Of a DNA stretch of 64,000 bases, positions 40,520 through 54,221 are shown piece by piece. This stretch comes from the human T2T-CHM13v2.0 reference genome, Homo sapiens, in the NCBI RefSeq assembly GCF_009914755.1, contig NC_060928.1; one strand, given 5' to 3'. The notes beneath the pieces were generated by a model. It made no database searches and was not told the origin of the DNA. It saw only the letters and a program-made list of their open reading frames with translations. Within the stretch, counting starts at the first letter, position 1. Each line of letters begins with the position of its first letter. The translations under genes were made by a program, and so were the position numbers.

Positions 40520-42575
40520 AACAACTCCATAATACCCTCCAGGAAACTTCAGACTTTTAATTTCTGCTTGTATTTCCCCAAAGCTGTCGGTTCCTCTTGG
40601 CCATCTGCCTTCCCAAGCCAGTCTGCAAATAATAGTTGATGAAAAGCAATCTTTCATCTACACCTTTATTTGCTTTGCACGTTTTTCTCCTGCTGTGTTC
40701 CCTCAGCAAAACCCAGCTGAAGAGCAATTCAGCAACCCATTTTTTTCGACTCCAATGCCAGAATGGCTGAGGATTGCTGGAGACAATCACACAATTTATC
40801 TGACTAACATCACTAAAACGTCATGATTTCCATTCTCAGTGGAGTCTTTAGCATTGCCTGGAAGTCCTGGGTCAGAATCCTCCTCAATTACCTCAAAAAC
40901 CTTTTCCCAGTTTACTCCTTTCATATGTTCTCTACTCAGTCCCTATCCCACTTAATCTTAGAATCTTGCTTTCTTTTCAGAATAAAAAAAGATGCTCTAT
41001 GAAGAATCTTCCTCTAACTTCCTTTAACTATAAACTTTTGAACCATACTCAAGACAGACATGGAGCAGAAGGCGTGATTTTGCCCCTTTAAATTTTTCTC
41101 CTTTGTGTTTTGAAATTAAATTACAAATTAAACTTGCCTTTGAGTTCCCATTCACCAGGGTTGTGAAAAATTCAATCACATTTTTGTCCTGAGATTGATC
41201 AAAGATCCTAGGAACTTGCGTGGGGCCTGGCCCATTGAGACTTCATCTGTTATTATTGCTGTTGATACTTCAGGGTCCAAACCTGAAGCCTGGCAGCCCC
41301 ATTATTTTGTTTCTACCCTCTGCTTGTACTCTGAGAGGTGGAGTATTTCTCTGCCTGATGTCCAGCATCCCTAGATTGGCCACATCTCATTCCCCTCTGA
41401 GTTTCCACCATCTCCTGAGATGCTTTCAAAGACTGGGTACTGGGAGTGGGTGGCAGTGGTGGTGGGGAGCGTCATCTAGGTTTCTCTCCAGATGAGCCAA
41501 CACCTCCATGCCTTCCATGTTTAGGAAAATTTCATCATCATTCTTCTCTGTTTCAGCCTCTCCTCTTAAAGTTATGCAGCCTGTCTCCCTACTTGGCCTC
41601 CAAAGAAATGACCTAGTATTGACTCTCTCAGTGCATTTCAGCTTTAAAACACAAAAACCTGGGGCTCTCTGTCTTCAAGAAACTTCTGCTTTCTGCTTCC
41701 ACTATGCAAATGCCCCTAAGGAAGAGAACACAAATGCTTGGCCACCTCACTGGGGAGAAAAATTTAATAAGATCAGATTCCAACTTCATAAATTTGTCAC
41801 TTATTTTGCCACACTTAATTGCATCTATCTCCTTCCTCCCTTTCTTTAGGCTTAAGACAATTGCTTAAACTTTACCTGTATCTCTTCCCTTTTTTCTCCT
41901 CTGAAACATTAATAAGAAATGTCTTTTCTTTTTACAGCAACTTCAATGTTTCTCTCTCTTCTTCCGTCACTTTGGAAACATGCTCTTCCTGTCAAAAAAT
42001 TGTCCCTCGACCCCATGTCCCTCTTGAGGCTTTCCACTTCTCTCTTCTCTTTTATACCCAGACATTCTCAGTCAGTCTTCACTTCCTTGTCTTGCATTCA
42101 TTTCTCAAGACACATTTATTTTTCTGCCTTCTGACCACGATTCATTGAAAGTACATCTGCTAAGATGACTTGTGACTTCCAGTTGCCAATACCAGTTAGA
42201 AAAAAAAAATTAATTCTGATTTCACTAGACTATCTTAATGCATTTAAAGTTACTGATGGGCCCTCTTTCTGGAGGCTGTCTATATGGTTTCTGCTTAACT
42301 CCAGTCTTTCTCTGACCCCTTGGAGGGCTCCTCTTCCTCTGGGGGCCTTTTACATATTGGTAATTCCAAGGGATTGACCGAGAATCACTGCTTTCCTCAT
42401 TGTGCTCAACCTTCCTGAGTTATTTCATCCACTCCCATGTTTCTTTTTTTAAATAGGTAAAAATTGGGTCAAAAATTTATATCCAGAGGTCTACTAAATC
42501 AAAAACTCCAACACTAAGCTCTCTGCAAAGGCTCAGATCTTCATATCCAGTGGTTTACTGGGCATTTGTTCTGGG
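40520..42575 (+). mobile_element. L2 ORF2-region remnants (patchy)
   Basis: Pyrimidine-rich L2-like blocks (GACTTCCAGTTGCCAA; TCATCCACTCCCATG; CATATCCAGTGGTTTACTGGGCAT). Confidence 0.55.
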
Positions 42576-43035
42576 CAAGAAACAAATTTACTCTCAGAAA
42601 CCCGCAAGTAGACATATATGGCAAAGTCCTACTGCCTTGTTATGACATTTGCATATTGATTTAAAATATTGTCTCATAGATAGTACAAAAGTATATATAT
42701 GAATATTTTTTAGACATTCCCCAACCTTGCTTGAACAGAATATAAGAGTTTAATGAGTTCTATAGGCTGTAACCTTTGTAATGGTGTTCTAAGCTGGATG
42801 CCATGGGCCTGAATTGTCCCATGGGCCTCAGGCAGTCCAGATTCTTTGATACCATATGATTGAAACAAATGCTAGCCAAAGCCTATCTCTGGAATGACTT
42901 TACACTTGTCTCAGGTGAAGCTTTTCATGAAAAGTATTTTTGGAGCTAAAGGATAAAGAGCTGAGACTTCATCATTTTTTTTTCTTATCATTGTTAAAGA
43001 ACAGGTTACATGACTGTGCTGTGCCTGTTTGCTAA

Positions 43036-43548
43036 TGGTGGCAGATTGTATTTGCCAGAGCCAGCCAGCACAGATTGTATTTCCCCCGGAAAGATGTGAC
43101 CTTGTCATTCTCCCAGTAAGATACAGGAGCCTCTTTTTTTACCCTGTTGAATCTGGAGAAGGCCTGCGGATGCTCTGGTGATAGAATATGTCAGAAATGA
43201 CTGTGCCATTTCTGGGCATAGCCCTTAACTGGCCTGGCAGTTTCTGCTTCCAGTTGCCATGCTTTGGGGGGGCCCAAGCTCTATGGAGAGAATGTGTATA
43301 GGTGTCCTGGCCCCAGCTGAGCTCCCAGCCAAAGTCATCATCAAAACCCAGCCATGTGAGTAGCCATCTTGGATATTTAGTTCAATCCATCCTCCAGAAC
43401 CCCAACTGGAATGACCCCTGAAAGTCCTCAAGAACAAACAAGCCAGCTGAGATTGGTCATATGTCAGAATTGTAAGGGGTAATAATCAAATTGTTTTCAA
43501 CCCATAAGGTCTTAGGGTGGTTTGTTACGAGAATGGATAGCCAGAACA
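43036..43548 (+). mobile_element. MLT1H-like MaLR LTR
   Basis: CCCCAGCTGAGCTCCCAGCC; CAGCCATGTGAGT; GGGTGGTTTGTTAC...CCAGAACA. Confidence 0.8.
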
Positions 43549-44069
43549 CTAATAAATGTCTGTCTGTGCTGCAGAGTTTGATGTGAAACCTGCTTTGTTT
43601 ATAACCTGGCATTGAAGTTTTAGGGAGGTTTAGTCCTTATCCCCTACCTCTAAACATTCTTGGTCATAGAGATATAATAAAAAGAACCTTAGAGTTGTAC
43701 ATGACCAAGTTGACTTGGGTAGAAAAGGTATTTTCCCCAGTGCTAACAGAGCAAGAATTTCAAGGTCCATAGCTCAAATCTTAGGCCTGTGTGATGTGGT
43801 CTGTGGAATAGCAGAACTGTGGCTTCAAATATTACCATAAGTTACTGGTACTGACTTAGAGTACAAAAGCCAGCAAGCCCATAGATTCATAATTATTTTG
43901 TCCTAGTGGGCAAAATTTCCATATGCATTGTTAAGACAGTGCTTTTTTAATGCATCTCCTTAAGATAAAAAGGACACAAGGAGGAAATATGTTAGCCATT
44001 TGCATCCTTATCTTTGCATTGCTTATTTGCTGCTTCAGAAGCGAGCCAAGTGAAGCAACCTTGCATGAC

Positions 44070-45180
44070 TCCAAGTCAATATTCTTACCCATTCTTGAAT
44101 CTGGACCAGGTGGCCTAATGCAATACATCCACCTGAACACTCCACAGGCATCTCAAATGCATTGTGTTCCAAACAGGCATATCATATTCCCTCCTAAACA
44201 TACTGCTATTATTATCTTCTCTATCTCAGTAGGTGTTAATCTTCCACCTGTTCACCAGATTGCTCTTTCTACCTCACTTGGCACTTCCAAACAATACTTG
44301 AGGCCATCTAATAAGACTTCCTAAACAGTTTTTAGGAATCCCTCCCAAATGCTGTATCAAGAGCCTGTTCTTGATAGTGCTTTGCCTGGATCTTCTGATT
44401 CACCTCCCTGCCTCCTCTCAGCTAGCATGGTAAGCTGTAAATCTGACCAGGTCATTTCCTAGCCTTAAATCCATTGTCCTAAAGGCAGCACGCTGGCATC
44501 CTTGCCCATCTCCCATGCCTCATTTCTCACCACCCCTGTGGTCTGAACTTTCACGCTGGGTTTTTTTTCTTTTTAACCTTTTTTTTAGAATGCCTTTCCT
44601 GCTCACCAAGCTCCTTCTTGCCTTAGCGCCTTTGCTCACGCTCTTCTCTGCTTGGCATAGCTTCTCTCCGTGCCCTTTCCCACCTTCTCTGTTTTCATGT
44701 TGGGTAGTTTCCACTCATTCCTTGGAATATTAGAGCTTTAAAAAGTCCTTATGCATAGGCAACACCCCAAGTCAATTACTACAGAATTTATGTGAGTGAA
44801 TTAAAAAATACAGGAATCTGAGTTTTAATAATCAGTTTCCCAGGTGACTTCCGTGGAAGCTATGGCTGAGAACACTACTTTAGAGTCAGTTTAGTCATCC
44901 TCTCTCCAAGGATGCCTTATCTGATCTGACACTCCTTTTCTCCTCAGATTGAAATGCTCTTTTATGATCCCATAATGTTCTATAACATCTCTATTATTGC
45001 ACATTCCAGAAGGCTTTATAATGAGCTGTTTACAAGTTTGTCTCCCTAAAGGATGTGAGCTCCTTTAGGGTAGGAGCTGTGGTTTCACTGTAGTTTGTAT
45101 TTTCAGTATTTAGCTTAGTGACTGGTAGGTACCAAATGTTCAACCAGGCTTTATGAAAGAACAAATGAATGAGAGAACAA
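44070..45180 (+). mobile_element. L2 3' region with an embedded MER5-like MITE (about 44730-44883)
   Basis: CCACAGGCATCTCAAA; ATGTGAGCTCC; terminal GAACAAATGAATGA. Confidence 0.7.
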
Positions 45181-45372
45181 CTAAGCTTAGGCTAATAAAC
45201 ATTTTCAGAATATTCATATATAAGTAAGTGAAACTGTCCTCCTGTTTCACTCCAGTGCTGTTCCGTTTTTTTTTTTGTTTTTTGTTTTTTTTTTTTTTAG
45301 CTCCAAAGCACTTAGACATAAAAAATAAGGTTGGAATAAATAAAGTGTGTTTTATTAATTTTGGAATGAAGA

Positions 45373-45788
45373 TGATATGGTTCAGATCTGCGTCCCCACC
45401 AAATCTTATGTCAAATTGTAATTCCCAGTGTTGGAGGTGGGGCTGGTGGGAGGTGATTGGATCATTGGGCATATTTGTCATGAATGGTTTAGCACCATCC
45501 TTTTGGTGTTGTCATCCTTGCGATGGTGAGTTCTCATGCGATCTGGTCATTTACAAGTGTGTAGTACCTCCCCGCACCTGCTCTTGAGCTTGCCATGTAA
45601 GAGTCGTGTTTCCCCTTTGCCTTCCCCCATAATTCTAAGTTTCCTGAGGCCTTCCTGGAAGCTGAGCAGATGTCAGCATTATGCTTCTTGTACAACCTGT
45701 GGAACTGTGAGCCAATTAAACCTCTTTTCTTTATAAATTACCCAGTCTCAGGTATTTCTTTATAGCAATGTGAGAACAGACTAATACA
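45373..45788 (+). mobile_element. MSTA/B-like MaLR solo LTR
   Basis: TGATATGG...CTAATACA; perfect 5-bp TSD GAAGA. Confidence 0.92.
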
Positions 45789-46244
45789 GAAGATATTAAC
45801 AAAGTTGTGCAAGCACTGTGGGTTTTCAGCAGGGTCACCTTGAAAAGGTACTGACAAGTCCAGGAATGGGACCCAAGCTAGTGAGCTGGCAATGGGAGGT
45901 AAGGTCCTGCCTCACAGAGAGAAATAGAAAAGGGAAACATCATTTAGTATTTACTCAGTATCTTTGTAGAAAAAAACGTCATTTATTTGCTGTAGGTTGA
46001 CAAGAAACTTCAAAGGGATGGGCTAGATAGAATATAAATATGTACTTTTGAGAGTTGAAAATTATATAACAAGGACAACACTAATTTAGAGCAGAATACT
46101 GGTAAAATGAGAATGTTTGACAAACATATAAACCTGCAAAGCCATACTCTGAAACCACTTCACTTCACTAACCCATTTTTGAGCATTCACATTTCAAGTT
46201 TCTGTGAACTTCAGCAAGAATGTCCCTGTGCCAAGAAACTTAGC

Positions 46245-46475
46245 TAATGATAATGGTAATGGGAACCGCAATAGAATACATATTTTGAGCATCAACTCTG
46301 TGCCAGATATTGTCCAAAGATCTTTATGTGTGTGTGTCATCTAATCTTCCCAATAACTTATGGTTAACTTACTATCCTCACTGTTTTTAGTGTCCAAGGC
46401 TTAGGGAAAGTAAGTCATTTGACCTAGGTTGGTAGAACTAGGATTTAAACTCATATTTTTCTGGTTCTAACCCAT
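46245..46475 (-). mobile_element. MIR
   Basis: TTGAGCATCAACTCTGTGCCAG...AAGTCATTTGACCTAGGT...AGGATTTAAACTC. Confidence 0.7.
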
Positions 46476-46483
46476 TCTGCCTT

Positions 46484-46542
46484 CCTAATAGGTGAGATTA
46501 AACATATACAAATGCCACCTAATAGGTGAGATTAAACTTATA
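46484..46542 (+). repeat. Local direct duplication (34-bp period)
   Basis: CCTAATAGGTGAGATTAAAC at 46484-46503 and 46518-46537. Confidence 0.85.
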
Positions 46543-46747
46543 GTGATAAGATTTAGAATGTGCTACACAAAATTTAAAAAGTCCATCAGAGAATGTACTA
46601 TAAAATTTTAGTTCTAACCAAGGGTGTAGAAGCAGACAGCATGGGGAAGGTAATGTCAGTTAATAAGTCTAACATGAGGAGTAATTTTTCCCGTTGTTCT
46701 GAGTTTATTAACTCTCCTGAAATTTTTTCTTTAGAAAGTATTTATTA

Positions 46748-47423
46748 CAGTCATATTCTGCATAAAGACATTTTGGTCAATAATGGACCACATAAATGCT
46801 ATACCCATAAGATTATAATACCATATTTTTACTATACCTTTTCTATGTTTAAATGCACAAATACTTACCATTGTATTTCAATTGCCTACAGTTTTCAGTA
46901 CAGTAACATGCCATGCGGGTTTGTAGCCTAGGAGTAATAGGCTATACCAGGGGTCCTCAACTCCTGGACCATAGACCAGTACAAGTACTGGGCCGCACAG
47001 CAGTCGGTGAGCAGTGGGCAAGCAGCATTACCACCTGAGCTCCACCTCCTGTTTCAGGTCAACGGCAGCATTAAATTCTCATAGGAGCGCTAACCCTATT
47101 GTGAATTGTGTATGCGAGGGACCTAGGTAGGTCACACGCTTCTTATGAGAATCTAACAATGCCAGATGTTCTGAGGTCAAACAGTTTCATCCCAAGACCA
47201 TTCCCACCCCCTACTCCCATCCATGGAAAAATTGTCTTCCATGAAACTGGTCCCTGGTGTCAAAAAGTTTGGGGACTGCTGGGCTATACCATATAGCCTA
47301 GGTGTGCAGGAGGCGATACCTTCTGGATTTATGTAAGTGAGCTCTATGATGTTTGCACAATGATAAAATTGCCTAAGGATGCATTTCTCAGAATGTATCC
47401 CAGCATTAAATGACACATGGCTG
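46748..47423. mobile_element. Tigger3a (MER7A)-like MITE, interrupted by MER1B
   Basis: TA-CAGTCAT...ATGGCTG-TA termini; GCATTTCTCAGAATGTATCCC. Confidence 0.85.
46948..47281 (+). mobile_element. MER1B-like hAT-Charlie MITE
   Basis: CAGGGGTCC...GGGGACTGCTG termini; perfect 8-bp TSD GGCTATAC. Confidence 0.9.
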
Positions 47424-47448
47424 TATATTTGGATTTACAGAAGACTTG

Positions 47449-47997
47449 TGTGGGAGACCAGAATATGCCTTACCATAGCATTAAGGACTGTTGAGCTGAA
47501 GGCATTTAAGAAGAAACAGATACAGCAGAGCTCTCTGCCCTCCCTCTATTTGCCTGAAAGCAGGACATAGATTTATAAACACAAAAGGTATTCTGCCCCT
47601 ACCCTTTGTTCTCCCCTAGAGCAAGAACAAAGGTTAACCCCTGAAGAAAGCTTTAGACCCTCATCTGCTTGGAGATGATACCAGAGGAATTTATGTTAGC
47701 AAGCTTTACTCACTAGTCTTTATCTGCCATATATTTACCTTTCCCCACTTGGCTGTCCATAGAAACTCAGAGTTATTTTCTTTTGTGTTGTTACTTCTCT
47801 TAGAATTGAAAATGCCATATAAGCCAGAATTCAAAGCCAACTCTTCGAGCACTACTAATTCTCTGGGTGTCTTCCATGTTTATATGAAATATACATGTTA
47901 ATAAACTTCTGTTTGTTTTTCTCTTGTTAATCGGTCTTTTGTAACAGAAGTCTGTGTTCCAACCACAAATGTAGAGGGTTATGATTTTCCCCCTAAA
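47449..47997 (+). mobile_element. MER34-family ERV1 solo LTR
   Basis: TGTGGGAGACCAGAATATGCC; TTGAGCTGAAGGCA; ATGTTAATAAACTT. Confidence 0.75.
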
Positions 47998-49019
47998 TTT
48001 GCAAACAATACACATAGAACTTATGTCCATCCTTCACCCAATTTCCCCCTCATCTTATATATCCTTGGCACAACTAGAAAATTAATATTGTTACAACACT
48101 ATCACTAAATTATAGGTTTTATTCAAATTTCTCCATTTTTCCACTAATATTCTTTTTCTCTGTTCCAGGCTCCAAGAAATGGAATTTTATTAAAAGATGG
48201 AAGAGGAGGATATTTGAGAGAAGGGGAACTACCTAATACTGAAAACTAATACAGTCCAGGATACATAGAAGATGATCAATAACACTTATTCAATCTAAAT
48301 TACCCTATCAGCAAGTGGAGAATTCTCTCTCGGGAGTGCTGTTTTCTTTCCTGCCAGTCAGCTCTGTCAGGTTGAATAGAAAGCGATAAATAAAGAGGAA
48401 AAGAATTCATTTTGTGCCCTTGCTGCACTGTTGCTTTTTCCTGCTGCACCACCAGTAATAGAAAACTAGGCTGTGAGCATTTCAGTGCTAATGCACTCCA
48501 GTGGCTTTTCTGCCTTGGCCTTCTAGCTTTCTCCTCATTGCATCACACTACTGATTGGAGAAAAATATGCCAGTCTGTGCTGTGTTTCCCCAAACAACTT
48601 TTTTATTTTGCAGGGTAGAAAGAACTGATGATAATGTGCTCTATAAAAAAGGGATAAACAAAGGCATTTTCATCAAGGGCCTTCTTTCTAAAAGGCTTTC
48701 CAAATAGCCTATTTTAAAAAATGAACAAACACCCATAAACCCATAGAACAATAGTACACTAGACATACATTTAAAGAGCATGTCTCCATTAAAAACAGCT
48801 ATGTCAGAAACAGGCACCTGAGTTTCTGGGGAAATATACATGATAGAAAAATCTTAAACCTGGCCAAGTTCTCCAAGTTGATCTTCTTTGTTCTTGTAGG
48901 ATTTGATGACATTCAACCATGTTCATCTACTTTTCCATCTTGTTCTACAGGTGGACTATCTATTTATATATTTTTAAAAGACAGCCAGGAAAAATTGATT
49001 GATTAAGAAAGGTTTTCTT

Positions 49020-49325
49020 AACCTTTATTTGTGGTAAGAACATTTAAGATCTCTCTTAGAAAATTTCAAGTAAAAACACAGTATTGTTAACTCCAGTCAC
49101 CATATTGTATATTAAATTTAGATCCCTAGAACTTACTCGTATATTAGATTTAGATCCCCAGAATGTACTCATCTTATAACTGAAAGTTTATACACTTTGA
49201 CCAATATCTCCTTATTTCCCCCACTCCCTTACCCCTGGCAAACACCATGCTACTTTCTATTTCTATGTGTTTACCTTTTTTAGGTTCCCTATATAAGTGA
49301 TACCATATAGTGTTTGTTTTTCTGA
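49020..49325 (-). mobile_element. L1MA 3' fragment with an internal 32-bp tandem duplication
   Basis: TTGTGGTAAGAACATTTAAGATC; duplicated unit at 49107-49138 and 49139-49170. Confidence 0.8.
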
Positions 49326-49754
49326 TTTTTTTTAAATGAAAGAGCTAGGGCCAACTTCCATTCTTTGATGTAAAGATTAAAAACGGTGGATATATTGTGG
49401 TATGACCTAAGGCATAGGCAGGGCTGCAAGCTAGAGGTGCCCATGTGATCAAGGACAATGGTGCACAGGTCACTAGTCATCACTATTTCCTGTCATCGGT
49501 GGGACTGCAAACTAGCACATTTTTAGTGACATTACTCATAAGCACACTGTGGTTGTTTAAATTGGTAGGGATGATAATGAGAGTAATTTGTGGGTAATTA
49601 AGTCTCTCCTTTCCACCTGACAGTTATGCAAACTAGAAGGAGATGAACAGCATAGTTATGTGTTTCTTCAACTAAGAAACATTTCATAAGAATTTTGAGT
49701 AATGTGGGTAGGTGATTAAAATGTTAAAGTGGAAAAAGTTAGAAACTGTTATGT

Positions 49755-51300
<1,546 letters not shown>

Positions 51301-53185
51301 TAAAAAATTGTTTCCACCATGTATTCCTAAATAACACATTGTTTTGTTTTGCTTCTTTTTGAGCTTTATAAAAAATGGATTTATACTGTATGGAGTCTTT
51401 AACATAAAATCCTGAGTGTCTTCCTAAATTAAGTTTTCATGTTGGGCAAAAACAATTGTTTTCCAACAATGGTACTATGATATTTAAAGCAGAAAGTTAT
51501 CTTTAAGAAAGAAAAGATTACAAATGGGAACACAGGGCTGCTGATTCTTGTCTTTTGGAAGATTTAATGGAGTTATCGTAAGTGGGGTATAAGAACAACA
51601 AAAAGATGTTCTTAGGATTTATGAAAATCAACTCTTGCACTCATTTGATACTAGAGTGTAGAGGTATTTGCCTCTAGGTAGGTCTATCCTGCAGATTTTT
51701 TTTTCACTTTGTGAGACTAATTTTTGTAGCTTTCATGTCTCTTCCTTACGCCAAATATGTTAATTACATCTCTTGTTATTTTCAGTGCTTTCAACATGCT
51801 GTTTCCTATCTGACACAGATGTAGAAAACAGGTAATCTAGAATTGTGACAAGGATTAGACTGAATAGGCTCTGATTATGAGTCTGAGGGATTCCCTCTGG
51901 GATAAGTTAATGAGCTTTAGCACATGGACTTTGTGACATTTATTTTGGTTGCAGAGGCCTCTTTTTGTTTCCTTCCTTATTCTCAACTTTTACTGAGCAG
52001 AAATGTAGGGGTATGGACTTGAAAACAAACAGATTTGGTTTTGAGTCCTTGCTCTGTCATCTTATTGATTTTTTTTTAAAGAATAAATCACTGTTAAAAA
52101 AATTCTCTAAATGAGGATAGGAATGTATTGATCACAGTATGACATAATATAAGATGATATCTTTAAAGCACTCAATAAGTTATAAATATTATTATCTTTT
52201 TAATATATAAAGAGGCTTATCAACATCAAACTCTTAAATTGCTGTTTGGTGACATCTGAGAGTAGGAAAAATAAAAAGAGTTTAGACAATAAAACACAAA
52301 AATTAGTCTCGCGAGCTGAAAAAAAAAATCCCTGCAGTATAGAGCTACCTAGAGACAGACTGTACTTCATAGATAAGATATATAATGCTTATTAGACAGA
52401 GCAAGGGAGGAAAAATTGAGAATAAGTATTGGATTGGTTGGAAGTGGTAGTGGTAGGAATGGTGATAGGGAGAAAGTACTCCAGGAAAGTTAGATAAGAA
52501 AAACTTTCACATTCCTGGTGAGCAAGTTGATGTCAGAAGTTTTATCATCAAGAAAAAAAAGTCCTGTAGAGGGGCTTAAACACAACATAGCTCAGGGTTC
52601 TCAAATTTGATCACCACCAAGACTTTCTTTTATTACCTTTCCCTCCATCTACTCCATTGAATAAACTGGTTTACCAAGAGAGCTGATCTATCAGTGAATT
52701 AATAGGTAATGTGCATGGGAGAACAGAATTTGGAGGGGGAAAGATTTTTTCTCCTTTTGCTCTCCAGATAATAAAGGCAGGATGAGTTTGGGGCAGCAGA
52801 GACTATAAGATAGAGAGGTTAAGAGGAGGTTTAGCTCTCAGTTTCACCAAGGTTTATGGGCTTTCTCTGATCCTTACCTAGAGACACCATTATTTTTCCT
52901 TATGTGCTGAATTGAGTTTAGCTTAAGTGCAGTAAAACTATAGGGTTCACTAGCTCAAGGGTCTTTAGGCATTGGAAAGTCAGGGAGACAACTTCATGGG
53001 ATTGGCAGGCAATCCCCAGAAAGTACCTGGAGCTGTGGTAATGGTATTTATGATGGATTTGCAAACAGCAGAAACCATCTAAAAGCGAGGAGGGGAAGAA
53101 TACAATTTTACTGTTTTGTGGGCATTTGTGTAACTCCCCAGGGATTGTCAGAGGTGGCTATGTGAAATATAATTAAGGAGGTAGC

Positions 53186-53221
53186 TGATAATTGTACAGA
53201 TAAGCGTGATAAATCAGATAA
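53186..53221 (+). promoter_or_regulatory. Cluster of four co-oriented WGATAA motifs (motif only)
   Basis: TGATAA 53186, AGATAA 53198, TGATAA 53207, AGATAA 53216. Confidence 0.4.
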
Positions 53222-53788
53222 ATTTTGGCTTAAATCATGATGTATGGTCATTCAAATCCACAGACGGGTAAGAGCTCAAGGTTTTTGAATTATGTAAATA
53301 ATTTATTTTTTCAAATATGTTAATCTAGGACAAAAGTAATTACAATTATGCAATTATAATTAAGTTCTTTAGAAATATGTTATTTTAGTTAGCATACACA
53401 TTACGATTCACGCATGGGTCTCTTGTAGGGCATAGACCTTTCTATTCCATTCTAGAATAGCTGTGTGTTAAAGAAGATAACTCAGAGGCATGAGTGGATT
53501 GTACAGCAGTCAGCTATGCTTGTAGCCTATTTTGCCCATCTCATCTCTAAAGATAAAATACTTCAGTTTTTTTGGGTGGAATTGGTGAAGAGACAGATGT
53601 CTCAGGCTTGTGGCAGAATGTCACCTTGGCAATTAATGGGGAAAGCAAAGACCCACGGCTTACTTACTACTAATTAAGAAGTCACAGTACAGACCTAAGG
53701 AGAAGAAAGATCTAGCATGGTGGCAGGCTGGAGCAGACAGGGTGGAGGTTGTAGCAACTAGCTGATGGGGCATTTATGGGCTTAGTTG

Positions 53789-54221
53789 TGTGAACAAATG
53801 TGAACTTGAAAGAGTCAGTCCTTCAGAATGGATCCCAAGTGGCTATTTAAAATAGACCAAGGAGCTATGTGCTGACTAAAGTTCACACACATACTCTGAG
53901 ATGCACAAAAAGCCACACTTTTTTAACTTTGGGACTTTCAGAGCTCACCTGAACCAACCAGTCACAGCTTGGCTCTATCAATCAATCAGAACTCAGCTGT
54001 GTCAGCCAATCAGCAATAAGGAAGTTTGAATCCTTTGTTTACATAAAAGGACCTGCTCGGGAAGCTGGGCTGAAGCTTTTGCTATAAAACCCACACTCTT
54101 TCTTTGTTCTCTGGAACCACCTTTGTTTTACACCTAAGGCTGTGTCTCACCAGTTAGCAAACTGTTCACTGGAATAAAGTCTCTTTCCTTCAAATTCCTT
54201 TTCAGAGAACTTTTGTTCACA
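53789..54221 (+). mobile_element. Solo LTR, LTR47A-like
   Basis: 10-bp inverted termini TGTGAACAAA/TTTGTTCACA; TSD GTTG; CCAAT, TATAAAA (about 54083) and AATAAA (54173); family name from memory. Confidence 0.75.

Noticed and set aside
41435-41468. Possible G-quadruplex
   Set aside because: The third loop is long and the G-tracts are interrupted; weak candidate
46484-46542. Repeat-spacer-repeat pattern suggesting CRISPR
   Set aside because: Only two copies, a 14-bp spacer, mammalian context and no cas genes
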